A stretch of 34,980 nucleotides of DNA from an uncultured Gammaproteobacteria bacterium. GTDB taxonomy: Bacteria > Patescibacteriota > Patescibacteriia > Magasanikbacterales > UBA922. The stretch lies in NCBI GenBank assembly GCA_964498735.1, contig CAZCHJ010000001.1, positions 6,034 to 41,013 of the forward strand, read 5' to 3'. Shown here piece by piece: positions 9,234-19,935 of this stretch. Under the pieces are notes generated by a model. That model was not told where the DNA came from. It did not search any database and saw only the letters and a list, made by a program, of their open reading frames with translations. A program made the translations under genes and the position numbers. The number at the start of each line of letters is the position of its first letter. The stretch's first letter is position 1.

Positions 9234-10168
9234 ATAATAGACGTAAAATACGTTATAGTCTCTTGTAATCCTTTTGTTATACCAACTTTTGGCGACCAGT
9301 GCAAGAGTTTTTTGGCTTTTGAAATATCCGGACACCGACGACGAGGATCATCGATTGGTAGTTTTTTAAATACCATTTTACTTTTTGATTGCGTAAGTGT
9401 AATTACCATTTCTGCCAACTCTTTCACCGTTCGCTCTTCTGGGTTACCCAGATTGATCGGACCTTGTACTTTTTTTGGAGAATTCATTAATTTGATAAGG
9501 CCATCTACCAGGTCGCTTACATAACAAAAACTTCGTGTCTGCTCACCGTTACCATATAATTCAAGTGGCTTATTTCCAAGTGCTTGTACGATAAAATTTG
9601 ATACCACTCGCCCATCTTCTTTTGACATACGAGGTCCATAGGTATTGAAAATTCGAGCAATTTTTATGTCCATTCCATGCATGCGGTAATAATCGAAGAA
9701 TAGTGTCTCCGCAACGCGTTTTCCTTCATCGTAACATGCTCGAGGACCAATCGGATTCACATTTCCACGATATTCTTCAATCTGTGGATGCGTCTCTGGA
9801 TCACCGTATACTTCTGAAGTAGAGGCTTGTAGGATTCGTGCTCCATGTTTACGTGCAAGTCCAAGTATATTGATTACACCTAGCGTACATGCCTTAATGG
9901 TGTGTACCTGATTCGACTGATAATGTATCGGTGACGCAGGACACGCAAGATTATATACCTGATCGATATGTCCCTTGATAAATAACGGATCAACAATGTC
10001 GTGTTCGATAAACTTAAAATTCTTATTTTTCAAAGCTTCTTTAATATTTTCTTTTGAACCGGTAAATAAATTATCAACCCCAATTACTCGATTTCCTTTT
10101 TGCAGTAATCGATCAACGAGATGCGAACCAATAAAACCCGCAGCTCCGGTTACAAGAATTGTTTTCAT
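9230..10168 (-). CDS. uxs: UDP-glucuronate decarboxylase (UDP-xylose synthase)
   Basis: 312 aa. [45 protein letters not shown] and [16 protein letters not shown] are all canonical UXS signatures. Confidence 0.85.
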   Translation of the reverse strand: MKTILVTGAAGFIGSHLVDRLLQKGNRVIGVDNLFTGSKENIKEALKNKNFKFIEHDIVDPLFIKGHIDQVYNLACPASPIHYQSNQVHTIKACTLGVINILGLARKHGARILQASTSEVYGDPETHPQIEEYRGNVNPIGPRACYDEGKRVAETLFFDYYRMHGMDIKIARIFNTYGPRMSKEDGRVVSNFIVQALGNKPLELYGNGEQTRSFCYVSDLVDGLIKLMNSPKKVQGPINLGNPEERTVKELAEMVITLTQSKSKMVFKKLPIDDPRRRCPDISKAKKLLHWSPKVGITKGLQETITYFTSII

Positions 10169-11028
10169 ACAGTTGTATGTTTAAAGAAATTTACTAAGAG
10201 AGAGAAAAATAATTTTGTCTTAATTCCCAAAAAAATTACTGCATCAAAAAACATGTTGACATGAAAATGCTTCTGATAGTAAATCCACATTGCATCATAA
10301 AAATTAATCAACGATTGTGTTTTGCGTTTTTTGCTACTACTCCCACCAAAATGAATGATATGTGCCTCACTCACGTAAAAAATTTTCCAGCCATTATCCT
10401 GTATCTGTTTACACAAATCCAGATCTTCTCCATAAAAGAAAAACCGTTCATCAAAACCACCTGTTTTTTCAAACACTTCTTTTCGGAACATCATAGCTGC
10501 TCCTGAAATTGCTTCGACTGGTTCAGTCTTGTCAGGATTATCGCTGAATCGCTTATATGCTGTAGCTCGCCTACTATTTTTGAAAATTTTTGCAAATCCG
10601 AAAAGATGAAAGAAAGCATTTGCGGGGTTTGGCAAGTTTCTTCGACATGCGTGCTGGAATGTGAGGTCACGGTTGAGTAATTTTGGACCAACGCACACAA
10701 TCTCGGGATGCGTATCGAGAAATGTGACCAATTTGTTGATAGCGCCATCAAGTACGACGGTGTCACTATTGAGGAGAAAAATATATTCCCCACGAGCTAT
10801 TTTCATTCCTTGATTATTTGCTTTTCCAAAGCCTAGATTTTCTTTATTTTCAATTAATACCACTTGCGGAAATTCTTGTATTACCATTTTTACACTCTCG
10901 TCAGCAGAGTTATTGTCAATCAGAATTACTTCGTAATTGAAGCCCGTTGTTTCTTTAAAAACCGAAGTGAGTGCTTGTCGGGTTAGGTCACATGTATTCC
11001 AATTGACCACAATAATCGAGAGTTTCAT
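10165..11028 (-). CDS. GT2 glycosyltransferase (rhamnosyltransferase-like subgroup)
   Basis: 287 aa. [29 protein letters not shown] and LLNSDTVV (DxD equivalent). ATGA overlap with the uxs start. Confidence 0.8.
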   Translation of the reverse strand: MKLSIIVVNWNTCDLTRQALTSVFKETTGFNYEVILIDNNSADESVKMVIQEFPQVVLIENKENLGFGKANNQGMKIARGEYIFLLNSDTVVLDGAINKLVTFLDTHPEIVCVGPKLLNRDLTFQHACRRNLPNPANAFFHLFGFAKIFKNSRRATAYKRFSDNPDKTEPVEAISGAAMMFRKEVFEKTGGFDERFFFYGEDLDLCKQIQDNGWKIFYVSEAHIIHFGGSSSKKRKTQSLINFYDAMWIYYQKHFHVNMFFDAVIFLGIKTKLFFSLLVNFFKHTTV

Positions 11029-11045
11029 ACTACCAAATCCTATAT

Positions 11046-11597
11046 CTATTTTGCCAATGTAATAAGTAGATTACATGCAGGAAATAAACGGGACAAAAAT
11101 GTAGACTCGTAAATTTTCTGCATACGGGGACTTACGTTGATCCACCGCTCAATCAGAGGGTGCAGAAAAAAAAGAACCGAACCTCTTTCAAAGCTTATTT
11201 TTGCAGATACACACTGTTTAAAGGCAAAATCAAAATAGTACCCTCTTCCATGCTGAGCAAATGAATCTTTTACAAAAAAATCAAACGTATTGATCGAAAA
11301 CATTTTTTTATGTGTCGGATCGATGAAGTTGTGTTTTGACGTAAAATGAGGAACACGAATTCGGATAACTCCTCCAGGTTTAAGTATTCGATGCAGATCC
11401 TTAATGATTGGAATATATTCGACATGTTCAAGAATGTCCTGACACAGGATTTCATCAAATTCATTGTCAGAAAAAGGAAGTGGCAGTTTCTCAATATCAT
11501 GAACCACATCAACGCCTGGTAGGGCCGAAATGTCTAAGTTTACCCAACCTTTCTGTATATTGGTACCACACCCTAGATTTAATTTTTTTGTTTCCAT
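11046..11597 (-). CDS. Class I SAM-dependent methyltransferase
   Basis: The ORF-track start at 11636 is a TTG. I prefer the ATG at 11597 (METKKLNLGCGTN). Motif I is LNLGCG and the post-I acidic residue sits in VNLDI. PGGVIRIRVP is typical of the Methyltransf_11-like fold. Confidence 0.75.
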   Translation of the reverse strand: METKKLNLGCGTNIQKGWVNLDISALPGVDVVHDIEKLPLPFSDNEFDEILCQDILEHVEYIPIIKDLHRILKPGGVIRIRVPHFTSKHNFIDPTHKKMFSINTFDFFVKDSFAQHGRGYYFDFAFKQCVSAKISFERGSVLFFLHPLIERWINVSPRMQKIYESTFLSRLFPACNLLITLAK

Positions 11598-11659
11598 ATT
11601 GGTTGGTATGGTATCGTAAAATACCCTATTTAGCAAGCCACTGGAAGAAAAGTTCCTTA

Positions 11660-11668
11660 TGCTATAAT
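11660..11668 (+). promoter_or_regulatory. Extended -10 promoter element (TGnTATAAT) for the plus-strand GT4 gene
   Basis: tgctataat is an exact extended -10 consensus, 29 nt upstream of the ATG at 11698. There is no good -35, which extended -10 promoters can tolerate. Chance matches are plausible in AT-rich DNA. Confidence 0.4.
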
Positions 11669-11697
11669 ATAGGTGCTATACATGAAAATTAGTGCAT

Positions 11698-12834
11698 ATG
11701 AAGCAGATTACTATTGCAGTAAATACACGAATGCTTATTAGAGAGCGCCTCGATGGCATTGGTTATTTTGCATATCACACACTCAAAAGAATCACCGAAG
11801 CACATCCAGAAATTCAATTTTTCTTTATCTTTGACCGTCCATATGATTCTTCGTTTATTTTTTCTCACAACATTACACCCATAATCATCCCTCCTTCCAC
11901 TACCAATCCATTATATACGTATCTATGGAATACTCATTATCTTAGGACAACAGTGCAGAAGCTACATCCTGACCTATTCCTAGCTCCTGATGGTATTATT
12001 CCACTAGACTCCCCCATAAAACGTCTTTCGGTAATACATGATATTAATTTCCATCATTACCCGCATGATCTCAAATTTTTATCTTCCAAATTCTATAACT
12101 CTTATTTCCCTCGCTATGCGAAACAGGCTAGTCGCATTGCAACTGTTTCAGAATATAGTAAAAATGATTTAGCTAATACATACAACATTGATCCCACTAA
12201 AATCGATGTGGTCTATAATGGTGTCGGACCACAATTCAAACGTATTGACGAAAAAACAAAAATAGAAACACGGAATACATTTTCTAAAGGCAAAGAATAT
12301 TTTATTTTCATCGGATCGATCCATCCCAGAAAAAACATTACTCGTTTACTACGTGCTTTTGAGTTATTCAAAAAACGTACTGGGAGTGATACGAAATTAC
12401 TAATTGTTGGGCAATCTTTTTGGGGTAACCGTGAACTCACTAAGGCACTCGCTCACCTTACCTATAAAACAGACGTGGTTTTTACTGGACGCGTTGATGA
12501 GCGAGAGCTCAACAACTTACTTGGCTCAGCTCTATCACTTGTCCAACCTTCATATTTTGAAGGATTTTCCGTTCCCTTGATCGAAGCAATGTATGCAGAA
12601 GTTCCTATCATCTCTTCACAGACGACTGCGATGCCAGAAATTGCTGGTGATGCTGCTCTATATTTCGACCCTTTTGATATAGAGGATATGTCCACAGTTC
12701 TCAAAACAATCAGTGCTGATAAAAAATTAAGAGAGCAATTGATTGAAAAAGGAATCAAACAAAGAAGCAGATTTTCGTGGGACAATACTGCCAAAAAATT
12801 GTGGGAGTCAATAGAACGAACATTACATCAATAG
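11698..12834 (+). CDS. GT4 glycosyltransferase (mannosyltransferase-like)
   Basis: The ORF track starts at GTG 11692, and the ATG at 11698 gives MKQITIAVNTRML...GIGYF. C-terminal EGFSVPLIEAMYAEVPII E-x7-E motif. The 3' end overlaps the convergent gene by 7 nt. Confidence 0.85.
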   Translation: MKQITIAVNTRMLIRERLDGIGYFAYHTLKRITEAHPEIQFFFIFDRPYDSSFIFSHNITPIIIPPSTTNPLYTYLWNTHYLRTTVQKLHPDLFLAPDGIIPLDSPIKRLSVIHDINFHHYPHDLKFLSSKFYNSYFPRYAKQASRIATVSEYSKNDLANTYNIDPTKIDVVYNGVGPQFKRIDEKTKIETRNTFSKGKEYFIFIGSIHPRKNITRLLRAFELFKKRTGSDTKLLIVGQSFWGNRELTKALAHLTYKTDVVFTGRVDERELNNLLGSALSLVQPSYFEGFSVPLIEAMYAEVPIISSQTTAMPEIAGDAALYFDPFDIEDMSTVLKTISADKKLREQLIEKGIKQRSRFSWDNTAKKLWESIERTLHQ

Positions 12835-13790
12835 TGATGGTATTTTATTTTCCCTGACCACCGCTCACCAATTCCCACAATCCACCCACACATCTTCGCA
12901 ATATCTCCAACTGCAATAACCGGAATAAGCAACATATACCCGAATACTCGGATCATAGAGGGTAGTGGTTTACCAAATTCAAAGAATCGAAACCAAAATT
13001 TTTTCATATATATTGCGCCACACACCATAAGTATGAGTCCGAAAAGTAGCGGGTAATATACCATTCCATAGATGAGTCCGAGCAATCCAATGTATACACA
13101 AAATCGCACTATCTGTCTTTCGTAGAATAATTTTCCATGGGCATCACTCCGTGTATAATTATACAGTTGTCGCATAAATGCTCCCAAAGTATGTCTCGGC
13201 CTCCATGCAACTAACGTATTCTCAACATGTGCAATCTCTACTCCTTTTTTCTGTATCGTAATATCAAAAATTACATCCTCACAATACGGAATCCACTCAG
13301 GATACCCTCCAACGTCTGTCCAAAGTGATTTCACACATGCAAAAGAACGACTCGAAGGAAGCCAACTTTTTTTGAATTCCCGTTCTCGGGGAATAGTCGC
13401 TGCTGCAATAAGATACTGAATAAGATTATCAGTTTTCTTGAACCAAGGTTTAAAGGCCGTAGTAGATGCTTTTAAATCATCCTTTTCCAAAGGTTCAACA
13501 ATTTCTTTAAGCCATGTCTCGCCATATATACACCCAGCATCAGTAACCACAATGATCTCTCCCCTGGCCTGAGTTATTGCATAGTTACGTCCTGTAGCAA
13601 TATTTCCTTCTTTTTGGAATACGCGTATATTCTGCGATGCAATACTTTGCAACCACTCCCACGTACCGTCAGTCGACATACCGTCAACAACAATAATTTC
13701 ATCAGGATTTTTTTTCTGCTTCTGTATACTTTGAAACCACTCTTTGATATTGGTGAGCTCATTTTTTACCGTAATGACAAGAGAAATCAT
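12828..13790 (-). CDS. Membrane-anchored GT2 glycosyltransferase
   Basis: 320 aa. N-terminal GT-A (ISLVITVKNE, VVDGMSTDGT, VVTDAGC) followed by about 3 C-terminal TM helices (CVYIGLLGLIYGMVYYPLLFGLILMV..., GYMLLIPVIAVG). Confidence 0.75.
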   Translation of the reverse strand: MISLVITVKNELTNIKEWFQSIQKQKKNPDEIIVVDGMSTDGTWEWLQSIASQNIRVFQKEGNIATGRNYAITQARGEIIVVTDAGCIYGETWLKEIVEPLEKDDLKASTTAFKPWFKKTDNLIQYLIAAATIPREREFKKSWLPSSRSFACVKSLWTDVGGYPEWIPYCEDVIFDITIQKKGVEIAHVENTLVAWRPRHTLGAFMRQLYNYTRSDAHGKLFYERQIVRFCVYIGLLGLIYGMVYYPLLFGLILMVCGAIYMKKFWFRFFEFGKPLPSMIRVFGYMLLIPVIAVGDIAKMCGWIVGIGERWSGKIKYHHY

Positions 13791-13793
13791 AGT

Positions 13794-14648
13794 CTACACC
13801 TTACGCGCAATAATAAATGCCGTGTCTCGAACATTGATTGGAATAGAGATATTTTTGAGAAATGTCTGCGAGGACCACTCGGCGAGTTTTGAAAATAAAC
13901 GCATACCTGTCCAGCTGTATAGTAGACGGATGATGTATGGTATTGCAAAACGCTTCCCATCGTGCGAACTTTTTCTAATCTCAAAACCGTTCGCGACTAA
14001 AATTTCACATAAATTTTTATCTGAAAAATAGAAGAGGTGTTGTGGTGGAACAAAAGCATGCCATTTTTTTCCCCACACCTTAGCCCACAGGCTTCCCGCA
14101 TCTGGAGTAGTTATAACCAATAATCCATTGTCCCGAAGCAATGCATGTGCTTTGTGTATTGTCTCAATCGGATCTTTCACATGTTCGATGAGATCATACA
14201 TTGCAATCACGTCATATTTTTTTTCACCACCAATTGATTCAAAGGTATCTGTCGAAACAGCGAGTCCTTTTTCCTTCCCTCTCTCGACTGCATATGCCGA
14301 GAGGTCAATCCCACTTACACTCCACCCTCTTTGCTTCGCAAGTTCAAGAAAAAAACCAGTTGCACACCCCACTTCAAACAAATCTGAAGAAGTCTTGTTT
14401 GCGTGCTCCTGTTCTATTTTATCAAGATATCCTAGATACGTTTTTTTTGTTACTTGTTTATCTACCTCATAATCCATGTATCCATCAAGCGTTACGTCTC
14501 CGGTAAAATAACCCTCACCATAATACGGTGCAAGATCATCTGGTACGTTCTCAACCACCATCAATTTGCAATGCGCACATTTAAAAATCCGAAATTCTTT
14601 TTTTGTAAAATAAAAATTCATCTGGTTTTTGCAATTGACGCATGTCAT
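13794..14648 (-). CDS. SAM-dependent methyltransferase with N-terminal CxxC...CxxC zinc-ribbon
   Basis: 284 aa. CVNC(x19)CAHC at the N-terminus, motif I FEVGCATGFF and a DVIAMYDLIEHV segment. ATGA overlap with the upstream gene. Confidence 0.75.
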   Translation of the reverse strand: MTCVNCKNQMNFYFTKKEFRIFKCAHCKLMVVENVPDDLAPYYGEGYFTGDVTLDGYMDYEVDKQVTKKTYLGYLDKIEQEHANKTSSDLFEVGCATGFFLELAKQRGWSVSGIDLSAYAVERGKEKGLAVSTDTFESIGGEKKYDVIAMYDLIEHVKDPIETIHKAHALLRDNGLLVITTPDAGSLWAKVWGKKWHAFVPPQHLFYFSDKNLCEILVANGFEIRKSSHDGKRFAIPYIIRLLYSWTGMRLFSKLAEWSSQTFLKNISIPINVRDTAFIIARKV

Positions 14649-16198
14649 ATTTTTTTAAGTAAAAATACTGTGTACTTGTACGTATAACTTGGTCTGTTAA
14701 GAAACTTTTCTTTTAGCATTTTAAATTTAGGATCAAGCGGAACACTATCAAATTGAGAGATGATTGTATAGCCTACAGGTATCTTACTCTCGGTTGCAAC
14801 ACTTTCTTCACTACCATCAGCGCTCGTAGAAAAAAACCATACTCGGGTAGAGGCAGGTATCGTTGATGATTGAAATCCATTCCAACCAAGTGGCTTTAAT
14901 TTTTTAAAATACGTAGTCTGATAAAAATCATATACTCCCTGACTCGCATCAGGTGTAATAGCCACATAATCTCCATCCTCGGAATGATTCTCTACATATT
15001 GAAATGCTTCAAATGTACGGAAGTAGCTAGGATTTAGATAATTTTCAACACGATAAAAATGTGTCAATCCGACCAGTTCAACAATCCCCCACAATACAAA
15101 AAGTGTATTTCTTATTTTTTTCGACTGTATGCGTGATAAGGAAATCACAAAAATCATTATCCATATCGGATATGCAATAAAACCAAATTTTGGATATACC
15201 GTAAAATTATAACGGGCATCAGCCTTATTCATGAATAAAGTATTCAATATAATCAACGCTATACCTAAACCTATCATCAATCCATAGCTTTTATTTTCTT
15301 TTTTATTTCGAAAAAATCCAATAATACCCACAAATACACCCATTAATACAGTACATCCGACTCCTACTATTACATAATCCCACGGAAAAATATTCTCTCC
15401 AAAAAAATATGCATAGATATGAAAAAATACACCTCCAATAATACTCAGCCATGAATTGCCCAGCAAATTCATATCCCCCCACCCTCCATCTCCCTGAATT
15501 ATAATCCTGTGATAGAGCATCCATGCTAATGGACTACATACCACAGCAACACACACATTTCCTATTAACCAATTTTTCAAAGAAATAATAGAATGCTTAC
15601 GTACTATTTGATACAAAAAAAGTGTATTAGTGATTAACACAACATAAATGAAATGGGGATAATCAATATATCCGGTCAGCATCAGTGCCCCTAGATACCT
15701 CCACCACAGTTCTTTTTTGAACCCTTCAGTGTAGACGCGATAAAAATAATACAGCGCCAGAAGTGCACTCAATCCTGCTAGACCGTGGTAACGCGCCATT
15801 TGCGAGATAAGAACAAAATAAGATGAAAAACCTGTAAAAAAAGATGCCAATGACGCTATCTTCTTATCATCAGTAATACGGTACATGAACCGGTATACAA
15901 GTATCACAGTACCAAGCCCAGAAAGAATTGAGACAAATCGTATCGTGAGTTCTGACCATGGTAATACCTTACTCACCAGAAGAACAAGAAAATAATACAA
16001 GGGCGGATGATTGTCTGGAAATCTTATATACTCGATAATAAATTCAATTGGTCCCTGATGCAAATAGTTCAATACCATGGTCTCGTCCATCCAAAACGTC
16101 CGATAACCCACTCTAAATACCAACAAAAAAAGAACGAAACAGAAAATTATAGCTGGTATTTTATTTTTGTATGTCCAATTTTTTATTTTTGTGAACAT
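14645..16198 (-). CDS. GT-C fold polyprenyl-phosphate-sugar-dependent glycosyltransferase (GT39/GT83, PMT/ArnT-like)
   Basis: 517 aa with more than 10 predicted TM helices. The acidic D-E pair right after TM1 (FWMDETMV) and the HPPLYYF motif are characteristic of the PMT_2/ArnT family. C-terminal ~130 aa soluble domain. Confidence 0.8.
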   Translation of the reverse strand: MFTKIKNWTYKNKIPAIIFCFVLFLLVFRVGYRTFWMDETMVLNYLHQGPIEFIIEYIRFPDNHPPLYYFLVLLVSKVLPWSELTIRFVSILSGLGTVILVYRFMYRITDDKKIASLASFFTGFSSYFVLISQMARYHGLAGLSALLALYYFYRVYTEGFKKELWWRYLGALMLTGYIDYPHFIYVVLITNTLFLYQIVRKHSIISLKNWLIGNVCVAVVCSPLAWMLYHRIIIQGDGGWGDMNLLGNSWLSIIGGVFFHIYAYFFGENIFPWDYVIVGVGCTVLMGVFVGIIGFFRNKKENKSYGLMIGLGIALIILNTLFMNKADARYNFTVYPKFGFIAYPIWIMIFVISLSRIQSKKIRNTLFVLWGIVELVGLTHFYRVENYLNPSYFRTFEAFQYVENHSEDGDYVAITPDASQGVYDFYQTTYFKKLKPLGWNGFQSSTIPASTRVWFFSTSADGSEESVATESKIPVGYTIISQFDSVPLDPKFKMLKEKFLNRPSYTYKYTVFLLKKI

Positions 16199-16199
16199 A

Positions 16200-16892
16200 T
16201 TATTTTCTAAATAATTTGTACCAGCTGTATGCGATAATTTGTTTCAAAAAAAGCACATGTTCCTTGCTATTAAGTTTTGAGGTGCTAAATTTTCTGATTC
16301 GAAACCTGAAAGGAACTTCTTTAATTTTTTTATACCTACCTTTGATCAGTATTTCAAGTAATATTTTATAACCACTTGTATTGAGGGCAGCACCCTCTAA
16401 TACATTTCTATGCAAAAAGAAATATCCGCTTAAAGGATCTTTAACCCCCGTCAGAAAATGCGTAATCCACACACCAATTCGTGATATAAGTTCACGCCAC
16501 CACTTCCATTGTTCAACCACACTTTCTTTTTCAAATCTACTACCAAGCACAATATCATATTCACTCAATGAGTTGATCATAGAATTGAGTACACTGGGAT
16601 CGTGGCTCAGATCAGCGTCCATGACACCCAAATACGAACGTGTGGACGCTGTAAAACCTGCACGCACAGCGCTTCCCAATCCTAATTTTCCTGTTCGATG
16701 AACAACTTTTATTGGATATTCTTTCCTCAATTCTTCAGCCACTTCGCCCGTGCCATCCGGAGAATTATCGTCAACAATTATTAATTCGAGATCAATCAAC
16801 GAGTGGTCTATGGTTTCAAAAATTTCTCTGACTAGTAATGGTAGATTTTTTGCCTCATTATAGGTAGGAATGACTAAAGAAACTTGAAACAT
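16200..16892 (-). CDS. Polyprenol-phosphate mannose (or hexose) synthase, Dpm1/Ppm1-like GT2
   Basis: Trimmed from 16940 to the ATG at 16892 (MFQVSLVIPTYNEAKNLP). IVDDNSPDGTGEVAEEL, VMDADLSHDP and GSRF are classic Dpm1 signatures. There is a 1-nt gap on each side. Confidence 0.8.
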   Translation of the reverse strand: MFQVSLVIPTYNEAKNLPLLVREIFETIDHSLIDLELIIVDDNSPDGTGEVAEELRKEYPIKVVHRTGKLGLGSAVRAGFTASTRSYLGVMDADLSHDPSVLNSMINSLSEYDIVLGSRFEKESVVEQWKWWRELISRIGVWITHFLTGVKDPLSGYFFLHRNVLEGAALNTSGYKILLEILIKGRYKKIKEVPFRFRIRKFSTSKLNSKEHVLFLKQIIAYSWYKLFRK

Positions 16893-16893
16893 A

Positions 16894-18093
16894 TTAGGGT
16901 ACCAGTGGTGCTGAATAAACACCCGTGCGACTGAACTCATGCCAATGAGCTACAAAATATTGTGCACTGCACACGGGATTATAGTGACATACCTCGAGTA
17001 TGGAAAATAATGGTGCATATGCGATTATGTATTGCAATATATAGGGTGCAATCACGCATAGTACTACCGAACATATTCCAATCAATTTATTTTTTTTATG
17101 AGAATCTATCAGAGACGATAATGCAAAAGCTGCAATAGGAATAAAGAACCATGCTGAAATAAATACTGTTCTCCCAATAAACATCGGCCATGCGAAATAT
17201 GACGCACTCGAAGGAATTACAAGCACGAGGTATTTTTTTATGTCAGGATTAATTGACTTTCTATTTTTAACCAAAAGGTACAAACCATAGATAATAAAAA
17301 TCCAGGCTATATTATACGTGGTTAAATTTACCCCCAACCACTTTACTATCGTGTAATTACCCGGAGCGTATACTTGCCAATTTTCTATAAACCATCTCGC
17401 TGAACTATACCCGACATCATGCCCTCTGAGCGCATTAATAACAATTGTGATGAATGGAAGTAATGCAAATCCAAGAATAAGCGCTATTTTCTTTCTTACA
17501 CGTATCCCCTGTTCGGTAAGTAATATCAATCCTGCAAAAAGAGCTCCCATACACCCACTCTCCTTTGTTAAAACTCCAAAAGCAGTAGAAATACTTCCGA
17601 TAGCAAGCCATCGCCAATTTTTATCTTCATACCATCTCCATGCAGCATATATAGTGAGTACGAACCAAAAATAACCCCCCATATCCTGGACCTGCAGCAA
17701 TCCATATCTAAGTATGGGATATGCAGTTATAACCAAAAGTGCTGCAATAAAACCTGTGGTATTATTTTTAAATACTCGACGTACTAATCCATAGGTAAGG
17801 AAAATAAGTCCGGTATAAAAAATAATATTGATTACCACAATACTCTGTGCTGAATTCAAGAATGGCAATATTTGTGATGCCACGACTGCGTAAAATGGAT
17901 TCAAGTAGCGATTAGGATAAATAATATCACTCTTCCCTTTAAAAAAATCAATGGCCATGAGAAAACTATCCGTATCACTTGTTGCATGAAAACCGAAAAT
18001 GGCGCTAAAAATAAATAGATTTAAAATAACCAAAATCATTAATAAAAAAATAATTTTTCGCTGGTTCTCGAATATATTATTTAAATATCCCAT
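16894..18093 (-). CDS. Polytopic membrane protein, GT-C-like candidate
   Basis: 399 aa with about 11 hydrophobic helices. An acidic first loop ([16 protein letters not shown]) and PMT_2-like helix spacing are present, but HPPLYY is degenerate (LNPFYAVV). It sits between two Dpm1-like GT2 genes. Confidence 0.5.
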   Translation of the reverse strand: MGYLNNIFENQRKIIFLLMILVILNLFIFSAIFGFHATSDTDSFLMAIDFFKGKSDIIYPNRYLNPFYAVVASQILPFLNSAQSIVVINIIFYTGLIFLTYGLVRRVFKNNTTGFIAALLVITAYPILRYGLLQVQDMGGYFWFVLTIYAAWRWYEDKNWRWLAIGSISTAFGVLTKESGCMGALFAGLILLTEQGIRVRKKIALILGFALLPFITIVINALRGHDVGYSSARWFIENWQVYAPGNYTIVKWLGVNLTTYNIAWIFIIYGLYLLVKNRKSINPDIKKYLVLVIPSSASYFAWPMFIGRTVFISAWFFIPIAAFALSSLIDSHKKNKLIGICSVVLCVIAPYILQYIIAYAPLFSILEVCHYNPVCSAQYFVAHWHEFSRTGVYSAPLVP

Positions 18094-18769
18094 ATTTTAA
18101 AATACAATAAACTACTCGAAACCCATCTTTCCAGGTGATTTTCTTACCTTCAGCGTAGGTGCGCCCATTATATGATATCCCCACTTCAAAAATTCGTATC
18201 GGCTTTATCGCTGCGACTTTTGCAGTAACCTCTGGATCAAATCCGAATCGAGCCTGTTCAAGTTTTACTTTCTGTATAATTTCTCTTCTGAAAAGTTTAT
18301 AACAAGTTTCCATATCTGTCAGATTGAGATTGGTAAACATGTTCGAAAGCAAGGTCAAAAATTTATTACCGAGATAGTGCCAAAAATACACTACTCGATG
18401 TGCCTCTCCACCCATAAAACGTGAGCCATATACCACATCTGCGTCATATTTTTGAACAGGTTCCAATAATTTGGGGTACTCTCCTGGATCATACTCAAGA
18501 TCAGCATCCTGAACTAGTACGTAATCACCTGTAGCTGCGGCAAAACCAGTTTTCAGCGCAGCACCCTTTCCCTGATTTTTTTCATGAAAAATAATTTTGT
18601 ATTGATTAACCAATTTCTTTAGCACTTCCCCCGTTCCATCAGTTGAACAATCTTCAACTACAATTATTTCTTTCTCCCAGCCAGGAACTGCAACCGAAGA
18701 AACTCTAGCAAGCAGAGATTCAATGGTATTTTTTTCATTATACACTGGAATTATAATCGATACTTTCAT
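18077..18769 (-). CDS. GT2 glycosyltransferase, Dpm1/DPG-synthase-like
   Basis: 230 aa. [38 protein letters not shown] and GSRF. Confidence 0.8.
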   Translation of the reverse strand: MKVSIIIPVYNEKNTIESLLARVSSVAVPGWEKEIIVVEDCSTDGTGEVLKKLVNQYKIIFHEKNQGKGAALKTGFAAATGDYVLVQDADLEYDPGEYPKLLEPVQKYDADVVYGSRFMGGEAHRVVYFWHYLGNKFLTLLSNMFTNLNLTDMETCYKLFRREIIQKVKLEQARFGFDPEVTAKVAAIKPIRIFEVGISYNGRTYAEGKKITWKDGFRVVYCILKYGIFK

Positions 18770-19932
18770 ACTAATTCAGAATAAAGTTCACTCATTTCTT
18801 TTTGAAAACGGTTTTCTGTAAATCTCGCTTTTGAACGAAGTACTTTTTCTTTATATGCCGCATAGACTGTAGCCTCATCAAGTGCTTTCATCGCTCCCAT
18901 GAGAGCTACAGGATTACCTGGCGGACAAAGAATTCCTGCATCACCTACCACTTCCGGTATTGAACCTGATGTAGTTGCTATTACTGGACACCCTGAAGTG
19001 AGTGCTTCTGCAAGTACATATCCAAATTGTTCTTGCCACAGAGGAGTTGGGATACTTGCTAGGATCAGTGCACGGGCATGGCTATAGAGCTGAGTTACTT
19101 CCTGATTTGGCAGGTTCTGGATGTAGACTGTATACTTTTCAATTCCCCATTCTCTGATCAATCGAAGCATGTTTGATCGTTCAGGACCATTGCCTACTAT
19201 CACCAGAATTGGAGTTTTATTTTTTGTATTTTTTAAATACATCTTCCATGCATAGAGCACATCATATATACCTTTTTCTTTTTTCAACCGATTCACCATA
19301 AGAAAAAATGGTGTGTTTGTTAAATTATATTTTTCAATCAACATCGTTTCTTTTTGAGCAGTCGGAGCAAGACTAGGTACTATGATTCTAATTTTTTCTT
19401 CTGGTACTCCATAATCTTCAAGGAGCTTTTTACTATATTCGCTTACTGCAACAAATAAATCGACGCCCTCGATATTTTGTGTAATAATCTTTTTAATTTT
19501 TTCTCTCCAAAATGTAGGCGGATGCATGGAGAGCGCATACTCATATTCAAAACGACCAAAGCTGTTATCCCAAACAGTGGTTACAATTTTTAGTTTTTTA
19601 TTCTTCTTTTTTGCTTCGACTGCCTGGTAGGTATAATAATTATAGAGCTCCACTGTGTGTGCAATTGAAAAATTTTCTAACTCGGATTCTAAACCGTACA
19701 TCTTCTGAAATACACCTGAAAATAGGAGTGAGATTTTACTATAAATCGGCATATCAGTACTCGTCTTCAGCCGAATAATGGGGAATGTAAGATCATCGAC
19801 AGGAAATAGATTTTTTTGTGAACAAAAACCCGTGACCGAGAACTGATCACTCATATCATTCCACATCCTCCCTTCCCAGGAATTCATACCATTTCCCCTA
19901 ATAAGGGCTATCTTGGAACTATTTTTATCCAT
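18766..19932 (-). CDS. GT4 glycosyltransferase
   Basis: 388 aa. C-terminal [30 protein letters not shown]-x7-E motif. ATGA overlap with the downstream gene. Confidence 0.85.
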   Translation of the reverse strand: MDKNSSKIALIRGNGMNSWEGRMWNDMSDQFSVTGFCSQKNLFPVDDLTFPIIRLKTSTDMPIYSKISLLFSGVFQKMYGLESELENFSIAHTVELYNYYTYQAVEAKKKNKKLKIVTTVWDNSFGRFEYEYALSMHPPTFWREKIKKIITQNIEGVDLFVAVSEYSKKLLEDYGVPEEKIRIIVPSLAPTAQKETMLIEKYNLTNTPFFLMVNRLKKEKGIYDVLYAWKMYLKNTKNKTPILVIVGNGPERSNMLRLIREWGIEKYTVYIQNLPNQEVTQLYSHARALILASIPTPLWQEQFGYVLAEALTSGCPVIATTSGSIPEVVGDAGILCPPGNPVALMGAMKALDEATVYAAYKEKVLRSKARFTENRFQKEMSELYSELV

Positions 19933-19935
19933 AGT

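Noticed and set aside
7845-9335. N-terminal extensions of several track ORFs that overlap the preceding gene by 47-150 nt (7845..9335, 16200..16940, 26674..27531, 27380..28102, 30142..32484, 11046..11636).
   Set aside because: In every case an internal ATG restores the canonical family N-terminus (for example [26 protein letters not shown]). It also lands within 0-4 nt of the upstream stop, often as an ATGA overlap. The extensions are open frame by chance.
11671-11741. SD-like AGGTG followed 6 nt later by ATG (11682), opening a 19-codon ORF that overlaps the GT4 start out of frame.
   Set aside because: It would lie at or before the predicted TSS of the extended -10 promoter, has no recognisable product, and the GT4 N-terminus from ATG 11698 is canonical. 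It is kept only as a note for anyone mapping the 5' end.
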